Positions 42,256 to 55,600 of a DNA stretch of 64,000 bases are shown piece after piece. The notes beneath the pieces are model-generated. The model was not told the origin of the DNA. It saw only the letters and a program-made list of their open reading frames with translations, and made no database searches. Numbering within the stretch: position 1 is the first letter of the stretch; each line of letters opens with the position of its first letter. The position numbers and the translations under genes were made by a program. This DNA comes from Macrostomum lignano (lineage: Eukaryota): assembly GCA_002269645.1 (NCBI GenBank), contig NIVC01001710.1, forward strand, positions 124,001 through 188,000, in the 5' to 3' direction.

Positions 42256-42960
42256 TGAGGGTTGGAATGAGTCCTTTACCCCACAGGTAATTTTCAGCAA
42301 TGTACATCCAAAACTGTACACGCGGGACGCGGAGTGTGAGGTGGCTGTAAGGATAATTGGAGCCTGTCATATAGTCTTGAATGTACATGTACGAACGTAT
42401 GCAGTATCAATATAAAGACTCCGAATAATACAAAGTACGAAGGCGGAGATTAAATTTTCCTGATGGTAGAAAACTTTTTTACACGCGAGTGAGCGTGTCA
42501 GGAATGCCCTGCACCCGAGGCCTTGCCAATTGATTTCAGTGCGGTGGACAAAATCGGCTCCCGTGTTGTCTCGATAAATTATTAACAGAAGCCTATATCG
42601 CATTTAAGCAAAGTTCAAGGGTGTGAAGTTAATTCGATGCATTCTAAGGGGGGCTTGTGTCTTGTTTAAAAAACCTAGATGTAATAACACGTAGTTATGC
42701 GATGGGACAGTGCCGCAGGTGAAGGATGCAGCATGCACCATTATATGGCCCTGTGGATGCCAAGTGTTATCTTCCCTACTTTTAGTGTAATTATTAGCGC
42801 TGGTAGGTGATAATTACATGTAGACTATGACACATATCATTCTTTTTACTGCGCTTTGTTCAAATAATACGGATTTAGAAGGAATAGAATGAATTAAGAG
42901 CGAACTACTAGGAGAAACAGATTATAAATAAGATGGGAATACCAGAATTAAAAGTGAAGG

Positions 42961-42962
<2 letters not shown>

Positions 42963-42991
<29 letters not shown>

Positions 42992-43040
42992 CAACGAGAT
43001 TGAGAGTGACAGTGAGATTGAGAGTGAGGGTGAGAGTTGA
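42963..43040. repeat. (GAGAGT)n microsatellite, degenerate
   Basis: Direct reading. Confidence 0.85.
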
Positions 43041-44926
43041 GAGAGCAAAAGGCGAGCAAAAGGCGAGCTAAAAGTGGCAATAAGCAAACACGGGCAGAAA
43101 GCAAAAGTTGTATTTGCAAAGTTGAATAAAAGTTTCCAAAGATGCAAAGCAGACCAGCAATGCGACTTCGGTGCTACCAGGAGCTCGTATCCTGCATTGC
43201 AGTGACGAACCTCTATTGGGAGTGGAGCATGCGGTGCTGTTTGTGTTTTTGGCGCAAATTCAAATTGACGCAGCGGCAAAATCAGCAGCCAGAGAGAGAG
43301 CGTGAGACAGAGAACAGAAAAAATTGAAATCCCACGCAAGCGTGACAGGCGAACGGCGCAGGATGTCGGCTAGGAAATCAATCCTCATCACGATGTGTCG
43401 CGGCGGGGAAAGGAAGAGAGGCCGGCATGGCGGAATCCGTATGCAAGTCAAGTCTCCAGTCTGGGCCAAAATCTCTCCATGCTCTGGCCGAGATCAAAAT
43501 CGAGTCTTCAATTTTCTGCCAACAGGAATTCGGCTGACCGATTGGGGGCCGAGAGCAGCAGATGGACTGGCGGTTGTCTGCCCGCTAGCTGAAGTAGGCG
43601 CTGCTCACTTTGAGTACAATGGCCCCCTGGGGCGCACGGGGCTCAAGACTGAAGAAATATTCTTTACTCACTCGCCAACTAAAATATTCGGTTGGTTTTT
43701 GAACGGTAGAGGATTTTTAGCAGGATTGAATAAATCCCCTCTCAGGAGAAAGTTCATCTCAGTTATTTTTGTAGCGTCCCCCAAGTTGCCAGCGTCTGAT
43801 CGCCGCTGATTAATATTCATGTCAACTTTTAATGGAAATCTACACGATGTTAGAAATTATCTGAGCGAGATCCGGTTGGCTTGCATTAATCTTTAAAACC
43901 AGTTAATTGTTGCCAAAATGTACAGTTAGATGCACTGGGACTTATTCTGTTTGTTTCCTGGCATAGTCTGGTTTTGGACGAGCCATTCGGATGGCTGATC
44001 CTTCTGAGAGGGGGTTGAAACGGAAAAATTAAAACGGCTAAAAAGAGAGAAATCCCAAGGGATGAGGCTAAAACAGCAGGTCCACCTTGAGAACACTGAA
44101 TTTAAATCTTGCCCTACAAAGCACCGCACCATACGGGAGCCAAGGTTTTGTTTTTACGGGGCTCAAATATTCGCACTGCAACGGTGGCAATTCAGCCGTG
44201 ACCAAATTACGTATGCATGTGATCATGCTTAATGTTTTGTTTATCCAGTGCCATGCAGTTGCCCCGTGATAGAAGATGACATTGTGGACTTTTAAATGAG
44301 TATTTACTATCGGGCTGGCGTTCTTAGTCACTCGGGCCACCCCCGCAACGGGATGATGGTCAAAGGCTGGACGGGTCCTCACTGGCCCCCTTGCCCATGG
44401 CCTCAACCCCTACTGACGTTTTCACGACTCGGATCAACCAGTGGGTGGCATCCAAGCACAGGAAGAGGCGGACTAAGGTCCCGACTGTCGGCAGTCCCGC
44501 GCTGCTGTCCCCTGTCCCTCTTCCGTCCTCGGACTCAACATCAGGGCTGTAAGTAGCCTCCTTGGGACCACCCTTACCTTCCAAAGAAAAATCCGTAGTG
44601 AGGAATACCCATTCTGCCTCTTCGGTGTTGAGAATCTGCAATCGTCTTGCCTTTACTCAAGACAGGCTCGCCTTCCTCGGCCCAAACCTGGACCTCTCCG
44701 ACGTTTTCAGGCCCAACAATTTCTGCCATTTCCTCCGCTACCTAAGGGAGCCCCCCTTCTGAGAGAGAACTATTACAACTTCCATTTGAAGCAGCAGGAC
44801 AGTCGAAAAATGTCTTATTCGCCATCGCACCCGATTCCAACTGCCTGTGGTCTGTGGGCGGCTGGAGTAGCCCATCTCGGGGTGTGCGGTATGTGTGGTT
44901 TTGAGTGCGTAATTATCTTAACCATA

Positions 44927-45956
44927 GTTCTATAGAGAGCGCGAGTTCCATAGACAGCGCGAGTTTCATAGACAGCAGAGTTCCATAGACAGCAGAGTTC
45001 CATAGACAGCACGAGTTTCATAGACAGCGCGAGTTTCATAGACAGCACGAGTTTCATAGACAGCACGAGTTTCATAGACAGCAGAGTTCCATAGACAGCA
45101 CGAGTTTCATAGACAGCGCGAGTTTCATAGACAGCGCGAGTTTCAAAGACAGCGCGAGTTTCATAGCCAGCACGAGTTTCATAGACAGCAGAGTTCCATA
45201 GGCAGCACGAGTTCCATAGACAGCACGAGTTCCATAGACAGCACGATTTCAATTGACAGAAAGTGTTTCATAGACAGCGCGAGTTTCATAGACAGCAGAG
45301 TTCCATAGACAGCACGAGTTTCATAGACAGCAGAGTTCCATAGACAGCACGAGTTTCAAAGACAGCGCGAGTTTCATAGCCAGCACGAGTTTCATAGACA
45401 GCAGAGTTCCATAGACAGCACGAGTTCCATAGACAGCACGAGTTCCATAGACAGCAGAGTTCCATAGACAGCACGATTTCAATTGACAGAAAGTGTTTCA
45501 TAGACAGCACGAGTTTCATAGACAGCAGAGTTCCATAGACAGCACGAGTTTCATAGACAGCGCGAGTTTCATAGACAGCGCGAGTTTCAAAGACAGCGCG
45601 AGTTTCATAGCCAGCACGAGTTTCATAGACAGCAGAGTTCCATAGACAGCACGAGTTCCATAGACAGCACGAGTTCCATAGACAGCACGAGTTCCATAGA
45701 CAGCACGATTTCAATTGACAGAAAGTGTTTCATAGACAGCGCGAGTTTCATAGACAGCAGAGTTCCATAGACAGCACGATTTCAATTGACAGAAAGTGTT
45801 CCATAGACAGCACGAGTTTCATAGACAGCAGAGTTCCATAGACAGCACGAGTTTCATAGGCAGCACGAGTTCCATAGACAGCACGAGTTCCATATACAGC
45901 ACGATTTCAATTGACAGAAAGTGTTCCATAGACAGCACGAGTTTCATAGACAGCAG
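44927..45956. repeat. 17/18-bp minisatellite with higher-order blocks, upstream of the DEG/ENaC gene
   Basis: Units CATAGACAGCACGAGTTT and CCATAGACAGCAGAGTT, with a periodic GATTTCAATTGACAGAAAGTG spacer. Confidence 0.96.
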
Positions 45957-46606
45957 ATACGAGTACAACATATACAGCACACGTAAGCAATACTATTCAA
46001 TAAAAATGTAAACAACTAGTTAACAACGTCTGTGAACTACGAGCGTATAATGTAAAACTTTGTAGTCTTTAATACTAACTCATCAATTCTTTTGCTACGT
46101 TTCGACCGTGCTTCTCATTGTTTCACTAACGGACGCTAGATTGACCTTTCTAAACTCAAGCCCAAGCCAGTCTCAGCTGCTCGAACGCCCCCAATAAATT
46201 GCAGCTAAACTGATGCACTTCAGAACAATGAGAAGCGCGCGCCCGAGACCGCTGCCGGAGCAGCCAGCCTCGGTTGCCTCAGCCCCGGTGCAGGCAGCGA
46301 GGCAGCCAATCCTTGCCTAGCTGGGAAAGAGGAGGGGATCGCGGATCGGGAATTCGCTGGCCAAGGGTTGGCCATCGATTTAGCCTGGCTGACGGCGAGC
46401 ACTGCGGGCTCAGGCCTGGCTGAGAGAGACAGAGAAAGTTGCGAGTATAGCCTGCGCTTACAGGTAACTGGTCGCATATTTTAACAAACCTGCATAGTAA
46501 CAGGAGTTGATCGGGTCAGCACGGGAGATACGCTGTGTTTGGATAGCTTGAATAGCAAGCTTGTTAAAGGAGCGAGAGATCAGGAAGGAGAGAGGCACAG
46601 CGGACA

Positions 46607-49600
46607 ATGGACCCGAAAAGCGATATGCTGGAGAGGGCGCTGGAGGAGGCGGACGATTCCGACTGGCGCACCGATCTCGGAGGCGACCCTGTTGAGCAGC
46701 GGCGGCAGCTAGGTAGTAAGTCGAAAAGCCGGCACAACTATCGCAGGCGGATGCTGTGCGCCAATCTGCAGAGCTTTGCGCACAGGACGTCCGCGCACGG
46801 GCTTGGCAGATTCTTCTCGCAGCAGGTGCCCTGGCTGCGGGGGCTGTGGGCTCTGGTGGTGTTCGGAGCCATGACTGGCCTCACGCTGCACACCTACAAG
46901 CAGATCAGCCTGTTTCGAGCCTATCCGGTGTCCAGCACGACCAGGCTGCTCACCAACCGGTTTACCTTCCCGGATGTGACATTCTGCGATCCGCTGATGA
47001 AGAAATTCTTTACCATAGGCTCCAGACAGCTGCGCAGCGACGTGAACAGAAACAATTACTTTGTGGCCAACTACATGCTGGGCTACCTGGTGTCGGATGA
47101 GGAACGAGACGACGAGGCCAGCAGCCGCGTCAAAGCCATCAAACTGGCCTACGCAACCTTTGAGCACGCGGTGCACACCTGGCCAAAGTTCAACATGACA
47201 GCCGCCAGCGCCAGGATATTCGACATGCTGCTGTACTGCCAGTACAATCAGGAGCGATGCACAGGTAAAAATTTCACAGTGTTCTACCACCGGGACTATG
47301 GCAACTGCTTCTCGTTCAAGGCTACTAACAGGTTTATTCGGTCCAGCGGAGTGGAGAAAGGCCTCGTCCTGGTATTGTACAGTCCCAGCGTCGACGTCAA
47401 GCAGAGCATCGACTATTACAGCGACACCGTGACGACGGGACTGGAGACCGGCGGGCTCAGGGTGGCCGTGCACCAACAGGTGAGTTCCTTAATTTCCTGA
47501 CCCAGACTTTCCAGCCCTGTCTCTTTGATTCCTTCTTCCTTCCTGCCTTCGAGGACAGCATTAATAGCTTGTAGCCTAGCAGAAACGCAATCTTTCAAAA
47601 CGCTTTGTTCCCGACATCGGCTTTTGGACGGGATCCCGTCTGAGCACTGAACTCAGTTCACTGGTGGTCAAAACTTTGTACGGCACCCGTAGTTGTCTGG
47701 TATAAGGTTGTCGTTTGACCCCAGCGCGTGCAAGGATGCTCTCATTGTGCAGTGCAAGCACACAATGAAAAACGACAATTACATATTCATCGGACTTTCG
47801 CCTTTGACCTTGCCTTTGACTATTCCAGTGTACACTCCTACTTGCTAACTTTTGGAAAACCCCTGATGACAAAAGTACATCTGGGGTGTAGATGGGTGAT
47901 AGTTTGGTTTGCGGGCCCAAAAGGGGCTTGATAAGGGACAATGATAGCTTGTGTCAATGGTTTTGGAGAAAGAAATGGTAGATTGTGTCAATGGTTTTGG
48001 AGAAAGAAATGGTAGATTGTGTCTATTGTTTTGGAGAAAGAAATGGTAGATTGTGTCGATGGTTTTGGAGAAAGAAATGGTAGATTGTGTCTATTGTTTT
48101 GGAGGTAGACAATGGTAGACCGTGTCTATGGTTTTGGAGGCAGACAATGGTAAATTGTGTCTATGGTTATGGAGACAGACAATGGTAAATTGTGTCTATG
48201 GTTATGGAGACAGACAATGGTAGATTGTGTCTATGGTTTTGAAGGCAGACAATGGTAGACCGTGTCTATGGTTATGGGGACAGACAATGGTAGATTGTGT
48301 CTATGGCTTTGGAGGCAGACAATGGTAGATTGTGTCTATGGTTTTGGAGGCAGACAATGGTAGATTGTGTCTATGGTTTTGGAGGCAGACAATGGTAGAT
48401 TGTGTCTATGGCTTTGGAGACAGACAATGGTAGATTGTGTCTATGGTTTTGGAGGCAGACAATGGTAGATTGTGTCTATGGTTTTGGAGGCAGACAATGG
48501 TAGATTGTGTCTATGGCTTTGGAGACAGACAATGGTAGATTGTGTCTATGGCTTTGGAGACAGACAATGGTAGATTGTGTCTATGGTTTTGGAGGCAGAC
48601 AATGGTAGATTGTGTCTATGGTTTTGGAGGCAGACAATGGTAGATTGTGTCTATGGTTTTGGAGGCAGACAATGGTAGATTGTGTCTATGGTTTTGGAGA
48701 CAGACAATGGTAGATTGTGTCTATGGTTTTGGAGGCAGACAATGGTAGATTGTGTCTATGGCTTTGGAGGCAGAAAATGGTAGATTGTGTCTATGGTTTT
48801 AGAGGCAGACAATGGTAAATTTTGTCTATGGCTTTGGAGACAGACAATGGTAGATTGTGTCTATGGTTTTGGAGGCAGACAATGGTAGATTGTGTCTATG
48901 GTTATGGAGACAGACAATGGTAGATTGTGTTTATGGTTTTAGAGGCAGAAAACGGTTAATTTTCAGGAGTGGTGAAGAAAAGAGTGACTGAAGTTAATCA
49001 TTGCCTATAATAAAACCATGTGCTTAAGCACATTGTCTCATCAAATCATTTTTAGTAGCCGTACGCAATGATTTCGAAGCTTTGAATAATGAGCGTACTG
49101 AGAGAGATGCTATGACCAATGCGTCCCTATGACAGCAGTTGGTTTCTCAAAAAGGTGTTCTACTTACCTAAGCTGGGTCCACAACTAACTCCTAAAATCT
49201 TTGATCCAATACACAGTTGCAGAAGCAGCCGTGTCCAATTACTCATACAAGTGCTCTTAATTACTAAACTTTCCTGACTAAAGCTGCATATATAGATTTC
49301 GGTCATTAATTGGTGTTGGTAAAGTGGATAATCTGACGGGGAACACGATGGAACAGCGGACACTACTGACGCCAATGCAGCTCGGGGGGGGGGGCAGTCC
49401 CAGATCACTCTCTCCCTGGCAACCTAATCGATGCCCGAGCTTTGAACCGAACTCCCAGTCGTAAAAACGTTTCAACTTGAAATTAGCGATTTCATTTACT
49501 CGCTTAGGAAGCGAGCAAGAGGGAGAAACACAAACTTAGCAAATTGTCGTCACAAAATCGAAGCCTGTCGTGTTTCGCGGCAAATTTTATAACACAGCGT

Positions 49601-52600
49601 TTACTGAGAACCGCATGCCGACTAAATTGTCGGCATTTGGCCGCAACAAGCGGATCAAATAGTGCCGGCACGAGCAGCAGCTCCCAGCATGATTGCTGCG
49701 GCCTCGGCTTGCCGACGCCGGCGCTTCCCAATGTCCGGATTGGAGGCCAGAATGCTGGCCTCACTGTCACGCCCCAATGCCTAATTTGACTTCTATTATG
49801 ACTCAATGAATTTTTATGTACGCTCGTAGATTAACGCGAAACTTTCAAACAAGAACAAAATGTAGTTTTTTTAAGGCTGATCGAACCCCTTTCTTCCTCA
49901 TGCCCAGTTTTCTGAACAATAATAATAACTGAGTACACCTGACCAAATTGGGCCAGACGTGCAACCGACAGCTCAGCCGCAGCTATTGCGCGGTGCATCT
50001 GAAAGCTGCGTACGGCTGTTCAGTCCAAGGACTGGGGGTCGCCACACACTGTCAATTCCATGTACCCCATCTGGCACCCATTTTACTGCTGGGTTAACTG
50101 AAGCAATGCAGAGTTTAGTGTCTTGCTCAAGGACAAAAATTGTTCTGACTGGGTTGAGATTCGAACCCCCGACCTTTCAGTCGTGAGTTCGACGCTCTTA
50201 CCACTAGGCTACAACCCCCTATTGTTCATAGTTTTTTAAAATCTTATTGGCTATTGTTTATTCTAAACAATAAACTTTCCAAATCTAAACTGAAATGCCA
50301 TTGAAAAGCCTGTGTACAAGCTGTCAGGTACGAGCAGCTATGTTTTCACATTTTCATACTCATATACCATGCACAGCTGAGGCAGAAGGCCCCTGCACTC
50401 GTCAGTCGTGCAATTTCACGCTGCAAAATGCATCAGCGAGATTATTTTATTGTTAGATTAAAAGTACAATCCTATTTAATAGTCCAGTTTGGTAAGTAAA
50501 GTACTGTATAATTACTAGGGGGGTATAAATCTTTTCCAGAAACAGACATAAAATAGTGTTTGTGCCGCAACCGGTTTGAACATAGAATAGACTCATAAGA
50601 TTCATAATCGGATAAAGTCGCCGATTGTCTTGGGACGTATTTCTCTCCTGCTCTTTAATCTCATTCTTCTCCCGTAACCGTTCAATCCTTCTGATCTAGC
50701 GGTCCTGGTTGATCATCTTGCTAACCAGTTTGCGTGAGTAGTGAGCAGTCACTCAAATCCGCAGCCTAATCCGTTAGCCGTTTTCCAACAACTTTAATTG
50801 TTCCGATTGGCTTCCTAAAGACTTTTTAACGCCGCTGTCTGTTTCTCGATTTTGCCGGAGAAAAGCTGGCTGTGGAAGCGGAGGGCATAAATGAGTTAAT
50901 TAATTTGGAATTCTAAAATCCTAGGCTTATAATAGAGTGGGAATTACGAGATTTTAATTCAGTCATTTTAGCTCGTGCTGTCAGTCCATTGCGACTCTAG
51001 ATCGTAAAGTTTTAGGGCAGAAATTCCCCTAGTCTTGGTTGGTTGGTTGATGGATGGGACAAGTGGCCATAGACAGTTGGTGGATGGGACAAGTAGCCAT
51101 AGACAGTTGATGGATGGGACAAGTGGCCATAGACAGTTGGTGGATGGGACAAGTAGCCATAGACAGTTGATGGATGGGACAAGTGGCCATAGACAGTTGG
51201 TGGATGGGACAAGTAGCCATAGACAGTTGATGGATGGGACAAGTGGCCATAGACAGTTGGTGGATGGGACAAGTAGCCATAGACAGTTGATGGATGGGAC
51301 AAGTGGCCATAGACAGTTGGTGGATGGGACAAGTAGCCATAGACCATGGACAGTAGATAGGACAAGTGGCCATAGACAGTCGGTACATGAGACAAGTAGC
51401 CATAGACAGTTGGTAGATGGGACAAGTGGCCAGAGACCATGGACAGTAGATAGGACAAGTGGCCATAGACAGTTGGTACATGAGACAAGTAGCCATAGAC
51501 AGTTGGTGCATGGGACAAGGGGCCATAGACAGTTGGTGGATGGGACAAGAGGCCATAGACAGACGAAAACCGGTAACTGAATGCCTTACTATAACTTTTG
51601 TCTGCGGTCAAGCGGTCAAGCGAGTAAGTGGCATCGAAAGTATTGGAGATTTCCAAGTTCAGCTAAAGCAGCAAAATTGTTGCAGAAATCGCAAGGCACC
51701 TTCCTTTGGTCCAGCCAAAAGATTAATGGCATGCAGGTCTGGTCCGCTTTGCGCAGGCCGCCGCAACGCAATCAACTATCTGTTTTGGGATAGCATTCGT
51801 GTACCAAGGAACGTGTAGTTAGATTAACATTTGCGAAGAAAACACTGGAAGCAGGTCCGTTGCCAAGGGCTTGCATTGCAGGCGGCATAGCCACCAGTGC
51901 AGATACTGATAGGTGGGGCAGACGGTCAGAACGTATGTGAGCGAAGCCGAGACGACTGGCGCTTGCACTTCCATAAATCAGGGGAAGTTTAGGCAAATAA
52001 TTCGGTCGGTCAGAGTTATACACCAATTCATCGCGACGGACTGGAAACCCAATGCTGATTACCCTAGTAATAGGCACTGTGTAGACTGTATTGAGTAGAA
52101 TATAATGGAGATACTCGTAAGAATATGAAATTGCAAATTATAATACAATACATTAGACTCCAGTAGAATTAAAGGTAATATCAGAGAAAACTAAAACCCT
52201 TAGTTCTAGTTGCACCTTGGTTTTATTGCTGGGTAGAGCTTGGTAGAGTAGAAATATAATATTTTAAGAAATAATGATGAGTGAAGAAGAGCGGATAAGA
52301 ATGAAGTACAAGCGCAGTAGAGTAGACTAAAATAGGGTGAAGTAGAGTACAGCAGAGTAAAGCCGAGTAGAGTAAAGTTGCTCGTAAAATAGAGAAGAGC
52401 AGAGTAGAGTAGATTAGAGTAGAGTAGAGTAGAGTAGAGTAGAGTAGAGTAGAGTAGAGTAGAGTAGAGTAGAGTAGAGTAGAGTAGAGTAGAGTAGAGT
52501 AGAGTAGAGTAGAGTAGAGTAGAGTAGAGTAGAGTAGAGTAGAGTAGAGTAGAGTAGAGTAGAGTAGAGTAGAGTAGAGTAGAGTAGAGTAGAGTAGAGT

Positions 52601-55600
52601 AGAGTAGAGTAGAGTAGAGCAGAGTAGAGTAGAGTAGAGTGAAGTATATAAATGGGCCTACATGTGCCCAAGACAGTTCAGTCTGAACCAGCTTCCCAAA
52701 CAGGTAAGCAATTTCAGCAAGTGCAGCAAATCTCTTTACTGAAATCGCTGTGTTTGGTAGAAGAAAAATTCTAGAGAATTCCGCTGGACGATAAGCAAAA
52801 ATAGATTGAAGTAAGTAGAACGGATTTAAGGCCAGCAACCAATCTCTGCAACACTATAAGCTATCTGCTGAGCCCTCAATGTGAGGATTGGGGGTGCGGA
52901 ACTCAGCCGAGCCAGAAGCAGGATCAGAATATTGCTAAAGCAACAGAAACTAACTTGAAATCGGCGGCCAGAAGAAGATTGGGAAGGGGGGCAGTGAAAG
53001 CAGCATGAAGGAAATGGAGAGAGAGAGAGAGAGAGAGGGGGAGAGAAAGAGAGGAAAAACAGCTGGGGTTTCGGCACAAAAAATCAATCCCTTAAATGTG
53101 TCTTCCCCAGCGATCTACTCTCTACTATGGAGCGACCAGCCCATGGTGTCAGGTTGAGGTCCGAGCGCTCGTCCCTCGGTCTTCATTTATTATTTCTCGG
53201 CACGGAGGCGAGACTTTTGTCGGCATTTTTGGAGTTCGAGAGGCCGATGCAAGAGAGGCTGGGCAGTGTTTGGACAGTTTCATAGAAGTAGGAACAAATT
53301 GGCTTTTATACGTTTTCTTTACTCAAATCATCCTTGATAAGACCTTTGATGGCCATAGACAGTTGGTGAATGTAGGGACAAGTGGCCATAGACAGCTGGT
53401 GAATGTAGGGACAAATGGCTATAGACAGTTGGTGAATGTAGGGACAAGTGGCCATAGACAGTTGGTGAATGTAGGGACAAGTGGCCATAGACAGCTGGTG
53501 AATGTAGGGACAATTGGCCATAGACAGTTGGTGAATGTAGGGACAAATGGCTATAGACAGCTGGTGAATGTAGGGACAAATGGCCATAGACAGTTGGTGA
53601 ATGTAGGGACAAGTGACAACGAACATACTGTGTTATAGGTTGTGTTTAGTGGTTAATCACTTTTTGTTGCATATTTTGTCTGCACCTCAGATGATTCCTA
53701 CTGTGTTTTCGCACCATTGTCTAGTCTCTTCTTGTGGTTGTAACACACAGACTGCAGCTTCTTTCAAAAAAGCAGGTCGCGGGATAAGCTTCACTCTGCT
53801 CAGGTTCGAATAGATCTGCCTTCTTGCTCCGAGGCACAGTTAAGTACTAGTATATTGCTGTGTCAACATCAATAGGGAAGTGCTCCGACTCCTGTAGCCT
53901 TGTACGGTCCCTGTGTTTTGCATTGCTGTGTTGGAACATTTTCTAACACCAAATTTTTCACTCTGGGATCAGTTAAGGTCACAAAAATCAAGTGCTTCAA
54001 TAGCTATGCTCGGTCCATGGTTGCTGCATCATTTCACGAGTCAGCACAGTGAGTCATCGCTTGGCCATCAATTATTAGCGACTCTTTTACTGCCCGCAAA
54101 CCGATTGTGACTTTGCTGTAGAGAGGGCTGCCGCAACTTCCAAAGACAGTCGATCCGCAGCCAGCATATTCCGCACAGCGACCCCGACTATTCTCATCGT
54201 CAGGAATGTACACCTGGGCGGTTGACCCTCCAAGTCGCAGGTCAATAGCGACTGCGCACGAAGCCGATCCCGAGAACTTTGGCGTGAGCCAGACGCGTTA
54301 CCCGCTCGGAGCGACTCGTCACCCCTCAGGACCGTACGAATCCGGGGTAGCAATAAGTAGAAAAGCACACTTAATATTTTGAACCCGAGAACAACCGAAG
54401 GACTTTAACAGTAGGAATACCAAGCCATTTTTCCGCCCGTCGAACTACCAAGAGGGGGGGAAAAATTTCCCCCCCCCTGACAATTTTTTTTGCTGCGCCG
54501 GAACGGAGCAACGCAGGCACACGAAATTCAAGAACACGGGCTAACTTCTTGTTGCGCACCTTCTCAAACAAGAATCAAGTCGCCAACCCTCCGGACCGTC
54601 GAGATATTCGACGATTCTGCCAGAAGGTCGGATTTTTCCCATAAGCGCTAGTGTATTCAGTACACCCCTGTGCGCCAATTAGCACTGCGCCTCAGTGCAG
54701 CCTTGCCAAGTCTCCAAATTTCATCAGCACGTCGACCAAATGTGTCTGCATCAGCTCTGACTTCGTTGGTTACTGGCCTTCACCGAGACGGAGCTTCTAG
54801 ACCTTCAACAGGTGGCACCAGGTGACTATGAACACCTTGATGCGAATTTCTCGAGTTTCACCGATCAAGCCTCGACAGTAGGCAAGCCTCAACTGCCGGA
54901 CACCCTCAGCTAGTCTCCTGAGCATTCCGTCATCATCCCGACACCGTCGGCTCCTTCAACAGGTGGCATCAGGTGACTATGGACGTCCTTTTGCAACTAT
55001 GTCAGGTCTTTCTTATCAAGCTTCAATAATGAGCAAACCTCAACCGACGGACATTGTCAGCTAGTCTCTCAAGCATTCCGTCATCATCCCGACGCCGTCG
55101 GCTCCTTCAACAGATGACACCAAGTGACTATGGACACCCTGATGCGAATTTCTCTAGTTTCGCCGATCAAGCCTCGACAGTAGGCAAGCCTCAACTGCTC
55201 GACACCTTCAGCTAGTCTCCTAAGCATTCCGTCATCATCCCGACGCCGTCGGCTCCTTCAACAGATGACACCAAGTGACTATGGACACCCTGATGCGAAT
55301 TTCTCTAGTTTCGCCGATCAAGCCTCGACAGTAGGCAAGCCTCAACTGCTGGACACCCTCAGCTAGTCTCCTGAGCATTCCGTCATCATCCCGACACCGT
55401 CGGCTCCTTCAACAGGTGGCATCAGGTGACTATGGACGTCCTTTTGCAACTATTTCAGGTCTTTCTAATCAAGCTTCAATAATGAGCAAACCTCAACCGA
55501 CGGACATTGTCAGCTAGTCTCTCGAGCATTCCGTCATCATCCCGACGCCGTCAGCTCCTTCAACAGATTACACCAGGGACTATGGACAGCCTGATAAGAA

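Noticed and set aside
44300-44830. GC-richer blocks (also 57660-58150 and 58760-59620) resembling retroelement UTR or ORF1/endonuclease remnants
   Set aside because: Only faint hints (e.g. NQAGSRLL, HRSLKVLRL); no diagnostic motif set.
50150-50219. tRNA gene
   Set aside because: The acceptor and anticodon stems do not pair well and the sequence continues into a SINE body and tail.
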